Origin: Bacillota bacterium
GTDB lineage: Bacteria; Bacillota; Limnochordia; Darwinibacteriales; DTU012
NCBI GenBank assembly: GCA_012840925.1
Contig: DUVS01000045.1
Span: forward strand, 23,716-87,715
DNA: 64,000 nucleotides
Direction of reading: 5' to 3'
Numbering within the stretch: the stretch's first letter is position 1; each line of letters begins with the position of its first letter. The position numbers and the translations under genes are program-made. The notes below the pieces were generated by a model that searched no databases, was not told the origin of the DNA, and saw only the letters and a program-made list of their open reading frames with translations. This document shows, piece by piece, positions 39,404-48,751 of this stretch.

Positions 39404-40375
39404 ATGTTAACAGCAAATGTCCAGCCAGTAAGTGCAAAGGATTTATATCATCAGTTCAAATCAAATCAGCAGGTGAAGTGTGCAGAGTTTCTTCAGGTTA
39501 AAGGTTTGGAAGGGTTCGACGTATACAATCCTTCGGTTCCCTTCATGTCCCATGGGGAATGGGTGATCGCAGGGCGTGTCGAGCGGCGTGATTCGGAGGA
39601 CTCGACTGTAGTCTTTTTCCGTGAGGAAGGCGGCGCACTGTCCCCGATTGCCGATGCGCCCCGGTTTTCTCTGCAGGATCCTTTTGTGACAATGATCGAT
39701 GGTCAGATTGTCTTCGGCGGGGTAAGGGTGATTTGGGAAAACGATCGTATCGTGAGTTGGGTGACAGATTTTTACCGTGGGAGCTCTATCTATGATCTCA
39801 AGTACTTTGCCACGGGCCCAGATCATATGAAAGACATCCGCCTGCTTGGCCTGGCAGATGGCAGGATAGCAGTCCTGACGCGGCCTTTAGGTGAGGCAGT
39901 GTTTGAGGCATATGGGTGCATTGCCATGATCGGTTTTGTCGTGATCGAAAGTCTGGATCAGCTTTCACCTGAGGTGATCGCCAATGCTCCTGTGCTGCAT
40001 GGTCATTTTCTTCCCCGCGAGTGGGGAGGTGCCAATCAACTGCATCTGCTGAAGAACGGATTGATTGGAGTTATAGGTCACATCGCCTATTGGGAACATC
40101 TTGAGAACGATGATCATGTGAGACATTATTACAGCTCTGCATTTGCCCTTGATCCTGAGACTAGACATATGACTGCTACCAAAGTAATCTGTTCTCGCGA
40201 TTGCTTCCCTCCGGGCGATGCCAAACGTCCCGATTTGAGAGATGTTACTTTTACTGCAGGTATCGTACGCCAGAACGGTGGTACGGCTGAGATTTACACA
40301 GGGTTGAACGACTGTCAGATCGGGCGAGCAGTGATCCCTGATCCGTTCACAGAGTATGAACAGTTAGTGCGGTAG
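39404..40375 (+). CDS. DUF1861-like beta-propeller protein (GH130/GH43-like fold)
   Basis: 323 aa, no signal peptide. My recollection of the DUF1861 family pattern. Adjacent to GH130. Confidence 0.5.
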   Translation: MLTANVQPVSAKDLYHQFKSNQQVKCAEFLQVKGLEGFDVYNPSVPFMSHGEWVIAGRVERRDSEDSTVVFFREEGGALSPIADAPRFSLQDPFVTMIDGQIVFGGVRVIWENDRIVSWVTDFYRGSSIYDLKYFATGPDHMKDIRLLGLADGRIAVLTRPLGEAVFEAYGCIAMIGFVVIESLDQLSPEVIANAPVLHGHFLPREWGGANQLHLLKNGLIGVIGHIAYWEHLENDDHVRHYYSSAFALDPETRHMTATKVICSRDCFPPGDAKRPDLRDVTFTAGIVRQNGGTAEIYTGLNDCQIGRAVIPDPFTEYEQLVR

Positions 40376-40519
40376 GGGGCAGGGTGGTGCATAGGGCTTG
40401 TATTGTCACTAATAACCACTTTACTTCCAAATAGGAGTAACCATGAGAGATGTGATTGGAGAACGAGCCAAGGTTAGGTTTCTGCCAAGTAATGTTCCAG
40501 GTGTGAAGGAGGGTGGTTA

Positions 40520-41434
40520 ATGTTTAGACTGGAGCGCATATCGAATTCGCCTGTTTTGGAGCCGCGCCGGGAGAATCAGTGGGAACAGGGTGCGGTGTTT
40601 AATACTGCCGTTGTCTATAAGGATGGGTACTTCCATTTGTTGTACCGGGCGAGTGATCGGGATTTCGAAGCTTTGAGAGATGAATGTCCAAAGGCTGAGA
40701 AAAAATTCTGTTCTGTGATCGGCTTGGCCAAAAGCCGGGATGGAATCAATTTTGAGAGGAACTCCAAGCCTCTATTTGTAGGCCAGGGAGTTCAGGAAGC
40801 GTGGGGCGTGGAGGATCCGAGAGTAACAAAGATCGGTGACACCTACTATATGGTTTATACAAGCTTCGGAGGGAGGAGTTGGAATGATCACCGGATCAGC
40901 CTGGCCAGTTCAAAAAACCTTGTCGATTGGCGGCGTCATGGCGTGCTGTTGGATGAGGTAAACAAAGACGGCGGCCTCCTCGCTGACAAAATCAACGGGA
41001 AGTATGTCTTGTTTCACCGGCGCGAACCAAATATCTGGGTTGCCTTTTCCGATGACCTGAAGATCTGGTATGACCATCAGATCGTCATGACAACTCTGCC
41101 TAACGGCTGGGAAACTAAGAAAATTGGTATTGCCGGTGAGCCAATTTTGATCGAACAGGGATATCTGATGATCTACCATGCGGTTGATGATCGGCATGTG
41201 TACCGTTTAGGTGCTGCACTACTGGATCGCAGTGATCCAACTAAGGTCCTTGCCAGGCTGCCTGAACCGATTCTAGAGCCGGAACTTGCCTGGGAGCGGA
41301 CAGGCAATGTGCCAAACGTGGTGTTCAGCTGTGGACAGGCTGTCTATGATGGCTACCTGTATGTGTACTACGGTGCGGCTGATACCGTAATCGGAGCCGC
41401 CAGAGTGGCTTTGGATCAGATTACCTTTAAGTAA
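40520..41434 (+). CDS. GH130 family protein (beta-mannoside phosphorylase/hydrolase, DUF377)
   Basis: NTAVVYKDGYFHLLYRA...VIGLAKSRDGINFER...GVEDPRVTKIGDTYYMVYT blocks are typical of GH130. Short (304 aa) form. Confidence 0.8.
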   Translation: MFRLERISNSPVLEPRRENQWEQGAVFNTAVVYKDGYFHLLYRASDRDFEALRDECPKAEKKFCSVIGLAKSRDGINFERNSKPLFVGQGVQEAWGVEDPRVTKIGDTYYMVYTSFGGRSWNDHRISLASSKNLVDWRRHGVLLDEVNKDGGLLADKINGKYVLFHRREPNIWVAFSDDLKIWYDHQIVMTTLPNGWETKKIGIAGEPILIEQGYLMIYHAVDDRHVYRLGAALLDRSDPTKVLARLPEPILEPELAWERTGNVPNVVFSCGQAVYDGYLYVYYGAADTVIGAARVALDQITFK

Positions 41435-41463
41435 GAACAAATCTACGAAGGAGGAACAACCTA

Positions 41464-42045
41464 ATGAGAACATTATGCTTGAGAAAAGTGTCTTTGACCA
41501 GTTTGATGCTGTTAGTGCTGGTTGGGGCTCTCCTGGCCGGTTGTGAGAGCAATGGGATAGCGGAGGAATCAAATCCGGCTGCAGCAGCAGTGGATCCTCC
41601 CCAGGTTGAATGGATTACCGGGCAAGTTGCTTCCGACGCAATTATCGGAATTGAACAGACAGGAGCAGAAGTTACCCTCACCATGGATGCATCCTATGGA
41701 TATGCGAAAATTGAAAACGTCGTTATTCCGCAAGAGGCAGTTCAGGCAAAAGTCACTATTGTTGCAGTAAGCGCAGGGCAAGCAACTGGAGAACGCAACC
41801 TGTGGCGGTTGAGAATGACTACACCTGAGCAAGTGGTTATCAATGTAGGCGGCGGCGGTGCTGCAATACCGGGATATGTGGAGTACATCGAATTGCGGGA
41901 CCAGTTCCTGGCCTTGGTTCAAGCCGGCATGCCAATACCCGCCCTTGAACTTGGAGGCACCTGGGCACTTGGAGAATCGGTCACTTTTAGGTTGGAATTC
42001 CTGGATAGTGACGGCAACTTGCTGCACTATTTTTCAAAAAAGTAG
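41464..42045 (+). CDS. lipoprotein with uncharacterised about 120-aa C-terminal domain
   Basis: Lipobox LLAGC. RBS AAGGAGG. C-terminal domain shared with 48752..49717 (NLWRLRMTTPE / FRLEFLDSDGN versus FWRLRLTNPE / FKLEFLDAEDN). Confidence 0.7.
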   Translation: MRTLCLRKVSLTSLMLLVLVGALLAGCESNGIAEESNPAAAAVDPPQVEWITGQVASDAIIGIEQTGAEVTLTMDASYGYAKIENVVIPQEAVQAKVTIVAVSAGQATGERNLWRLRMTTPEQVVINVGGGGAAIPGYVEYIELRDQFLALVQAGMPIPALELGGTWALGESVTFRLEFLDSDGNLLHYFSKK

Positions 42046-42047
42046 AA

Positions 42048-42719
42048 ATGGGCAGTGCGAGCATGGTGCGAACAGATGGTGTTCGATTGAAAGTGGTGGT
42101 CTTTGGCGACAGCATTACATTCAATAACGGCCGCTTGAAGTGGAAGCATTGGACTGAGCTGCTAATGGAAAGGTTTGGCGTAGAGATCATCAATGCAGGC
42201 GTCGGTGGTGATACCACGGTCAAAGGATTGAAGAGAATCCAGACAGATGTCTTGGACCACCACCCTGACATTGTGTTGATCAATTTCGGTATGAATGATC
42301 ATGTCAAAGCAGGGATGAACGCTGAAATCGTGACCCTTGCGGAATATGAGCAAAACCTGAAGACGATGGTTGAACTGGTGCGTGCGGCCGGCGCGGTTCC
42401 ACTACTCGTCACTGTCAGCTATATCTATGAGGGAGATCCCAATAACACCAACGAGAATTACTATTACAACCGCCACGATCCGGCCTACTATACCGATGAC
42501 GGTGGAGCGTTGGCCAGACTGGACAAGTATATTGATGTAATGCGGAGAGTTGCCCTGGAGTATGATGTGCCCCTTGCTGACGTTCGTGCTGCCTGTGATC
42601 AGTATGATCCCCGGGAATTTACCCGCGACGGCGTCCATATATCGGCGTTAGGAAATGAAGTCTGGGCTGAGGTAATCGGGGCTTGCCTGGCTAATCAGGT
42701 TTTTCCAGGCCTGCTCTAG
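42048..42719 (+). CDS. SGNH/GDSL hydrolase (esterase/deacetylase)
   Basis: VVVFGDSIT block I, GVGGDT, DGVHIS block V. The true start may be downstream (ATG 42063 or TTG 42087). Confidence 0.8.
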   Translation: MGSASMVRTDGVRLKVVVFGDSITFNNGRLKWKHWTELLMERFGVEIINAGVGGDTTVKGLKRIQTDVLDHHPDIVLINFGMNDHVKAGMNAEIVTLAEYEQNLKTMVELVRAAGAVPLLVTVSYIYEGDPNNTNENYYYNRHDPAYYTDDGGALARLDKYIDVMRRVALEYDVPLADVRAACDQYDPREFTRDGVHISALGNEVWAEVIGACLANQVFPGLL

Positions 42720-42763
42720 ACTGTTTTGCCGTTCGATTTGAGAAACTGCAGAGGTGATAGTAC

Positions 42764-45166
42764 ATGAAAACCCGTGTGTTGATGATTTTGTTATTGCTAT
42801 TGACCATCCTTGTGCAACCAGTATTGGCTCAGCCAGGGCAGCAGGCCATTGCAGCAATCGAAATTATGCCTAATATTCCGCAGCCGTTTGAAATGCGGGA
42901 CTGGAAAGAAGTGGCTCGACGTTATGATGCCCTGCTCTTCGATTTTCACAGCTCAGGTGAGCATCTGCCGCTGATTAGATGGGATAACAGAAATGTCAAT
43001 TTCAAGCTGCAGAGCTTCATGATTCCTTCATATATCGGTGCATCAGGGGGCAATGAAGCGCTTACCCAGATCTCTGCGGTCCTCGGCGCGTCTTTGGTTG
43101 GCATAGACAAGAGCAATCAAAATGGACACAACTGGGTTTTGATGACTAAGCAATACTTCAATGCCAAGAATGGGCTGGGCATTATCAACAACAACGTAAA
43201 CTCGACCGGTGGAAGCTTCTGGTACAATGTTTGGCCGGGCATGCTCTTCTTCATGCTGGCCGATCAGTACCCTGAAGTTGCCCAGATTCAGACTCCATTG
43301 AATTTTACAAACAAGTCGATGAGCATGTCCGACATAATGTATACCAATGCTCAGCAGTGGGCTTCTGCAGTTGCAGATCTTCGGAACAGGCCGGATATAA
43401 ACCGGGTCAACCTGTTACGTTATGATCTCATTAATCGCCAGCCAGTTTACCGATATGAGGACGACAAATACCGTTTTGCCCATGGCAACCAACTGCCGGA
43501 AGGTTTGGTGGGGATTGCCTGGATGAACTACATGGCCTATGTAACCTGGGGTGAGCCTCAGTTTTTGGAGACAGTGGAGTGGTGCATGGATTTCCTTGAC
43601 AATCTTGACTACAATCCGCTCTATGAGGTGATTATTCCCTACGGTGCATACATGGCTGCCCGATTGAATGCTGAGCTTGGTACGAATTACGATGTGAAAC
43701 GGTATATTGAGTGGACTTTCGGGCCGGCGGACGCTCGCCCGGGCTGGGGGATCGTTCACGGCACATGGGCGGGCAAAGATGTGAATGGTTTGATGGGCAG
43801 TATCAGTACCGATTATGTCTTTGCCATGAATACATTCGCCACTGCAGCGGCGTTTGTGCCTACTGTCCGCTATGACCCCTCTTTTGCGAGGGCAATTGGC
43901 AAATTCGTTTTAAACCTTGCCAACAATGCGCGGCTGTTCTACGGCAAGTATCATGATGCCGAACACAAAACCCGCCCTGATTGGCAAGGGGATCCTGATT
44001 CTGTGATCGCTTACGAAGCCTTGCGCCGGGAATGGAACGGCAAGACTCTCTATGCCATGGGCGACGGAGTGAAAAACGGCTGGGCAGCCACTGATTTTGG
44101 ATTGTACGGTTCATCGCATGTAGGGTTGTTGGCGGCTTGTATTGCACCGACCAATGATGAGAAAATCCTGCAGCTGGATCTTTTGGCGACTGATTTCTTC
44201 CATGCTCCGGCGTACCCAAGTTATCTCTACTACAATCCTTACAGCGAGGCACGGAAAGTGGTAGTTGACGTAGGAGATTCCGAAAGCCGGCTTTATGATG
44301 CAGCGACCAAACAGTTTATCACCGGACCGGTTGTTGGCGAAGTGGAATTCGAGCTGGATGCAGATTCAGCAGCAGTCATAGTAGTAGCACCAGCCGGTGG
44401 AGAGGTAAGTGTTGACGGGAAGCGGTTGTTGGTTGATGGTGTCGTAGTGGATTATCAGTATGCCTCGCTTAGGCTTGGCAACTTACAGGATGGATCCATT
44501 GTTTACGGGCTCTATCCTGTTGAGCTGAGTTCAGTTCAAATCAATGACCCGATCACCCATACTGCTGCCTACCTTAATCAGCAGGAGGTTTTCAGGGCCG
44601 ATGGTTTTGTTGATCAGTTCACCCTCGATGCATCCGGTATGGCCAACGGCAGTGTTTGGGAGTTGAGAGTCGAGGCCGAGACCAGTACTGGGTTTAAGTA
44701 CACAGATAAGGCCCTGGTTACCATTGATAATCGGGTTTTAGGCAGAGCTGGTGCCTTGAATCCACTCAACTGGAATCCCCATGAGCTCTACCCTGCGGCA
44801 ATCCAGGTCGAGAATCAGGCTACAATGATTCAGAAGCGCAATCCGAATGATCAGTGGGGCGGGGTTGTCAGTCCCGTTTTAGAACTGGACCTTCAGCGCA
44901 AACCAATCCTAAAGCTTTCCGGGGTCTATGCGCCCGGGCAATATGTGATCAAACTCCGCTGGGCGGATGGCACCGAAACTGCCCTGGTTGAGCAGACAAC
45001 CAGCGCCCAGCTCGAAATTGATATTGCTGAAACCCTGCATCAGGCCCAGGAGCAGATTGGAGCAGGTGTCCACCAAGTTCAACTGATCATCGGCAGCTAT
45101 TCGGCAACCAGGCGGGTAAGCATCTGGAATTTTGCCACTAGTGTAGAGCTGTTTTATCTAGAGTGA
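42764..45166 (+). CDS. secreted paralog of the unknown family with about 260-aa C-terminal extension
   Basis: 800 aa. SPI signal peptide (PVLA/QP). N-terminal 540 aa collinear with 37730..39376. Beta-rich C-terminal extension. Confidence 0.7.
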   Translation: MKTRVLMILLLLLTILVQPVLAQPGQQAIAAIEIMPNIPQPFEMRDWKEVARRYDALLFDFHSSGEHLPLIRWDNRNVNFKLQSFMIPSYIGASGGNEALTQISAVLGASLVGIDKSNQNGHNWVLMTKQYFNAKNGLGIINNNVNSTGGSFWYNVWPGMLFFMLADQYPEVAQIQTPLNFTNKSMSMSDIMYTNAQQWASAVADLRNRPDINRVNLLRYDLINRQPVYRYEDDKYRFAHGNQLPEGLVGIAWMNYMAYVTWGEPQFLETVEWCMDFLDNLDYNPLYEVIIPYGAYMAARLNAELGTNYDVKRYIEWTFGPADARPGWGIVHGTWAGKDVNGLMGSISTDYVFAMNTFATAAAFVPTVRYDPSFARAIGKFVLNLANNARLFYGKYHDAEHKTRPDWQGDPDSVIAYEALRREWNGKTLYAMGDGVKNGWAATDFGLYGSSHVGLLAACIAPTNDEKILQLDLLATDFFHAPAYPSYLYYNPYSEARKVVVDVGDSESRLYDAATKQFITGPVVGEVEFELDADSAAVIVVAPAGGEVSVDGKRLLVDGVVVDYQYASLRLGNLQDGSIVYGLYPVELSSVQINDPITHTAAYLNQQEVFRADGFVDQFTLDASGMANGSVWELRVEAETSTGFKYTDKALVTIDNRVLGRAGALNPLNWNPHELYPAAIQVENQATMIQKRNPNDQWGGVVSPVLELDLQRKPILKLSGVYAPGQYVIKLRWADGTETALVEQTTSAQLEIDIAETLHQAQEQIGAGVHQVQLIIGSYSATRRVSIWNFATSVELFYLE

Positions 45167-45214
45167 CTAGACAACTCAAGCTGGCGCAGAGCATAGACCA
45201 TGGAGGTAATACAA

Positions 45215-48200
45215 GTGTGTAAATCCTGGAACAAGATGAACTGGTTTTTTAAAGCATGTTTGATCTTCTGTACAATTATTGCTGCTGCCTGCCCCAGTGC
45301 AGCCAAGAAAGTGGTGATGGAGTCGCAGCGGGAAATCCCCATTGTTCAAACAGTTGATGTGATTGTAGTCGGAGGTACTTCTGCCGGGGTGGCAGCAGCA
45401 GTGGAAGCTGCCGCACATGGTGCCAGTGTCATCTTGATCGCTGAGCGCCCCTATCTCGGTGAGGACATTGCGGGCACATACCGCTTATGGCTGGAGAATG
45501 GTGAGGTGCCAGATTCGCCATTGGCTGAAGCTGTGTTCAAAGAATCTTTTGCATTACCACAGGGAATGAGTTTTACCTATTCAGCCAATCGCCAGCCTTC
45601 CGGAGGCCATCTGGACAACCTGCAAAGGCCAAAACTGACAGACGGGTTGGCTACTAACGCGTCAGGCAACAGCGTCCAGTTTAATACCGATGTTTCCATT
45701 ACCCTGGACTTAGGGGAGGTTAAGGAGTTCAACTGCGTCGATTTGTTTGCCTTCCAGCGGCCCCGTGATTTTGAAGTTGCTGCTGTGACCGTATATACAA
45801 GTAATGACCTGCGGTCGTGGCAGCAGATCGGCCGGGTTGTAAACAGTTTGGCTGGAACAGAACGCTTTGAGACAAACGGAGGCGTTCGCTTGTCACTGCA
45901 ACAAGCAGCCAAGGCCAGATATCTTAAGCTGGAAATCAACAAAAGCAGCAATTCCAAACGGATGTTACTAGCCGAAATTGTTGTCCGGAAACTGGAATCG
46001 GGTTTTGCCGAATACCGGGTGCCGCCAACCATGATGCAGGTTAAGAAGTCGTTGGAAACAGCGCTGCTTGAGAGCGGTGTCAAATTTCTTTACAGCTCCT
46101 ATGCGACTGAAGTGTTGGTCGACAGTGAGGGCAAGCTGGGCGGGATTGTGATCAGCAATCGCGCCGGACGCCAGGGAATTGTCGGTAAAGTGATTATTGA
46201 TGCCAGTACTCATGCGGCGGTAGCCAAAGCCGCCGGGGTCAACTTCACTCCGTTTCCCAGCGGTGATCATCTCTTCACCCGGGTTGTTGTAGGTAATGAG
46301 ATATCGGTGAAAGCGGATCCAAGCATTGTTACCGCCCGAGTGCTGCCAACACGGCTGCCGGCTGTCGGGGGGAACAACCAGGCTATCGAGTATACGCTTC
46401 GCATTCCTATGGCGGACGGTTCCTACGCAGCGTACGCTGAAGCCGAGCAGATTGCCCGAAGCATCACCTGGGATCCATATCAGGCGGATGCTTCCGAGAT
46501 GCTCTTTCATATCCCGCCTATCCACATTTCCGGCCAGATGCCGGATCAAGGCCCATGGCTCGGAGCAGACAAAATGAACTCGAATGCTTTTAAGCCTGCC
46601 GGGGTTGACCGCCTGTATGTCCTCAGCGGATACGCTGACATCTCACGGGAGGCGGCTGCCCAACTGCTGCGCCCTCTGGAGTATATGAAGGCAGGGGCAC
46701 GAATCGGTATCGAAGCTGCGGCAGCGGCTGCAGAATCACCATTTCCGGAAAAAGTGACGGTTATAGGAAACGACAAGGACATCCAAGCTGCTTCCGATTC
46801 AGCGGTCGCTGCCGGAGATGTTTCCGAGCTGCTAACCGGGATTCGGCCGACCCAAACCGGACTGCCTGCACTACTTTCCCCCTTGCGTCCCCTGCCGGTG
46901 TTAGGCGAGTATGATGTGGTCGTTGTTGGTGGCGGTACTGCCGGAGCTCCGGCAGCGATCGCAGCCGCAAGGCAGGGAGCGCGGACTCTGGTGGTGGAGT
47001 ACCTGTATGGGCTCGGCGGTATGGGAACTATCGGTCAAGTAAGCTCCTATTTTGCAGGATATACCAAAGGGTTTACTGCCGAAATTGACAAAGGCGTGGA
47101 AGCGCTTGGCGGCATTGATCCCTGGAATGAAAAGGCCTGGAATGTAGAGGCGAAAATGGAATGGTACCGGAGAGAGATGCTGGATGCAGGCGCCGACATT
47201 TGGTTCCATACAATGGGCATTGGCGCAGTGGTTGAAAACAACCGTGTTCAGGGCGTTGTCGTGGCCACTCCCCATGGCCGCGGAGTGGTGCTGGCAGATG
47301 TAGTCATTGACGCAACAGGAAATGCAGATATTGCCATTGCTTCGAATGCAGTTTACCGGTTTACAGATGCGGAGCATGCAGCAATGCAGGGAGCTGCGGT
47401 TGTCTACCGCGATCTGCCTCCAGATAACAAGTACTGGTTTGTCAATCTCGATTGGATGTTTATCGACGAGATGGATCTGATCAATGTGTGGCATGCTCTC
47501 GTTATTGGCAAAGAACGATTTGCAGACAAATTCGACCTTGGCCAACTGATTCAGACTCGGGAAAGGCGCAACATTGTGGGGGATTATGTAGTCTCCCCGG
47601 TGGATGTGGTAACTGGCAAACAATTCTACGATACTGTTGCCTTTGCCAAATCCAGTATCGATTCACACGGGTTCTATGTCCACCCCTTGTTTATCATCAG
47701 CCCGCCTGAACACCGTCAGTATCAGTCCAATATACCCTACCGTGCCCTTCTGCCAAAAGGGCTGGATGGGATCCTGGTTGTAGGGCTTGGGATCAGTGCT
47801 CACCGTGATGCTATTCCGGCTTTGCGGATGCAGGCCGACGTGCAAAACCTTGGCTACGCAGCGGGTGTGGCGGCTGCCATGGCGGCAAGGGAGAAGAGTT
47901 CCACCAGAGGTATTGATATCCGGAAACTTCAGGAACACCTGATAGCCATGGAAATTATCACGAGGGGAGCTGTTGTGGAAAAGGATACCCCACCCAGCAA
48001 CCACGACGTTGTCAAGTATGCCTTGAGCACATTCAAACTCAATCTGCGCAATGTACCGCTGGTCCTGGCGGCAGAACCTGATGTGGCTTTAGAACTGCTG
48101 CGCGAGGGATACGAATCAGGAACACTTGATCAAAAAATCAGAACATACTACGCCAAGATCATGGGTGTCCTTGGCGACCCTACCGGGATAGATGATCTTA

Positions 48201-48709
48201 TTGAAGCTGTCAACAGCTACAACCAGTGGGATCAAGGCTGGGATTACCGAGTCTATGGAGTTTATGGGGATTGCCGCAGCGAACTGGACAGCCTGGTGAT
48301 GGCCTTAGGCCTTTCTGGAAGCCCGAAAGGGCTGGAGGCTGTCCTGAACAAAGCCGCGCTGTTGGATGCCAACAGTGAATTTTCGCATCATCGGGCTGTA
48401 GCCGTTGCCCTGGAAGCTATAAATCATCCTGAAGGTGCCAAGGCTTTGGCTGAACTCCTGTCAAAGCCGGGCATGCGAGGGTATGCGGTTAAGACTTTAG
48501 ATGATGCGAAGAGGTTGTACTTCATTGGAGACATTACCCATACTCTCCGCGATTACTCCCTGCGTGAGCTGATTTTAGCCAAAGCATTGTATGCCACTGG
48601 GGATCATCAAGGAATTGGCAAAGCCATTTTGGAGGAATATGCACAGGATCTGAGGGCGCTTTACTCAAGTCATGCCGCTGCCGTTTTAAAAGCGTATGGG
48701 AGCAAGTAA
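45215..48709 (+). CDS. multidomain lipoprotein: two FAD-binding Rossmann modules, discoidin-like insert, C-terminal HEAT-like repeats
   Basis: DVIVVGGTSAGVAAAVEAAAHGASVILIAE and YDVVVVGGGTAGAPAAIAAARQGARTLVVE motifs. F5/8-type-C-like segment (SITLDLGEVKEFNCVDLF...RYLKLEIN). PBS-lyase/HEAT-like C-terminal repeats. Lipobox-like IIAAAC. GTG 45215 is 7 nt after GGAGG. ATG 45200 is an alternative. Confidence 0.7.
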   Translation: MCKSWNKMNWFFKACLIFCTIIAAACPSAAKKVVMESQREIPIVQTVDVIVVGGTSAGVAAAVEAAAHGASVILIAERPYLGEDIAGTYRLWLENGEVPDSPLAEAVFKESFALPQGMSFTYSANRQPSGGHLDNLQRPKLTDGLATNASGNSVQFNTDVSITLDLGEVKEFNCVDLFAFQRPRDFEVAAVTVYTSNDLRSWQQIGRVVNSLAGTERFETNGGVRLSLQQAAKARYLKLEINKSSNSKRMLLAEIVVRKLESGFAEYRVPPTMMQVKKSLETALLESGVKFLYSSYATEVLVDSEGKLGGIVISNRAGRQGIVGKVIIDASTHAAVAKAAGVNFTPFPSGDHLFTRVVVGNEISVKADPSIVTARVLPTRLPAVGGNNQAIEYTLRIPMADGSYAAYAEAEQIARSITWDPYQADASEMLFHIPPIHISGQMPDQGPWLGADKMNSNAFKPAGVDRLYVLSGYADISREAAAQLLRPLEYMKAGARIGIEAAAAAAESPFPEKVTVIGNDKDIQAASDSAVAAGDVSELLTGIRPTQTGLPALLSPLRPLPVLGEYDVVVVGGGTAGAPAAIAAARQGARTLVVEYLYGLGGMGTIGQVSSYFAGYTKGFTAEIDKGVEALGGIDPWNEKAWNVEAKMEWYRREMLDAGADIWFHTMGIGAVVENNRVQGVVVATPHGRGVVLADVVIDATGNADIAIASNAVYRFTDAEHAAMQGAAVVYRDLPPDNKYWFVNLDWMFIDEMDLINVWHALVIGKERFADKFDLGQLIQTRERRNIVGDYVVSPVDVVTGKQFYDTVAFAKSSIDSHGFYVHPLFIISPPEHRQYQSNIPYRALLPKGLDGILVVGLGISAHRDAIPALRMQADVQNLGYAAGVAAAMAAREKSSTRGIDIRKLQEHLIAMEIITRGAVVEKDTPPSNHDVVKYALSTFKLNLRNVPLVLAAEPDVALELLREGYESGTLDQKIRTYYAKIMGVLGDPTGIDDLIEAVNSYNQWDQGWDYRVYGVYGDCRSELDSLVMALGLSGSPKGLEAVLNKAALLDANSEFSHHRAVAVALEAINHPEGAKALAELLSKPGMRGYAVKTLDDAKRLYFIGDITHTLRDYSLRELILAKALYATGDHQGIGKAILEEYAQDLRALYSSHAAAVLKAYGSK

Positions 48710-48751
48710 GAAACAACTAACATAGCAAATATCAAATGAGGTGAAGTTACT

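Noticed and set aside
46901-47623. 240-aa minus-strand ORF (and 45968..46549, 193 aa) inside the large FAD-oxidoreductase gene
   Set aside because: Antisense to a CDS carrying two clear FAD-binding motifs. Alanine-rich sense frames commonly generate long antisense ORFs.
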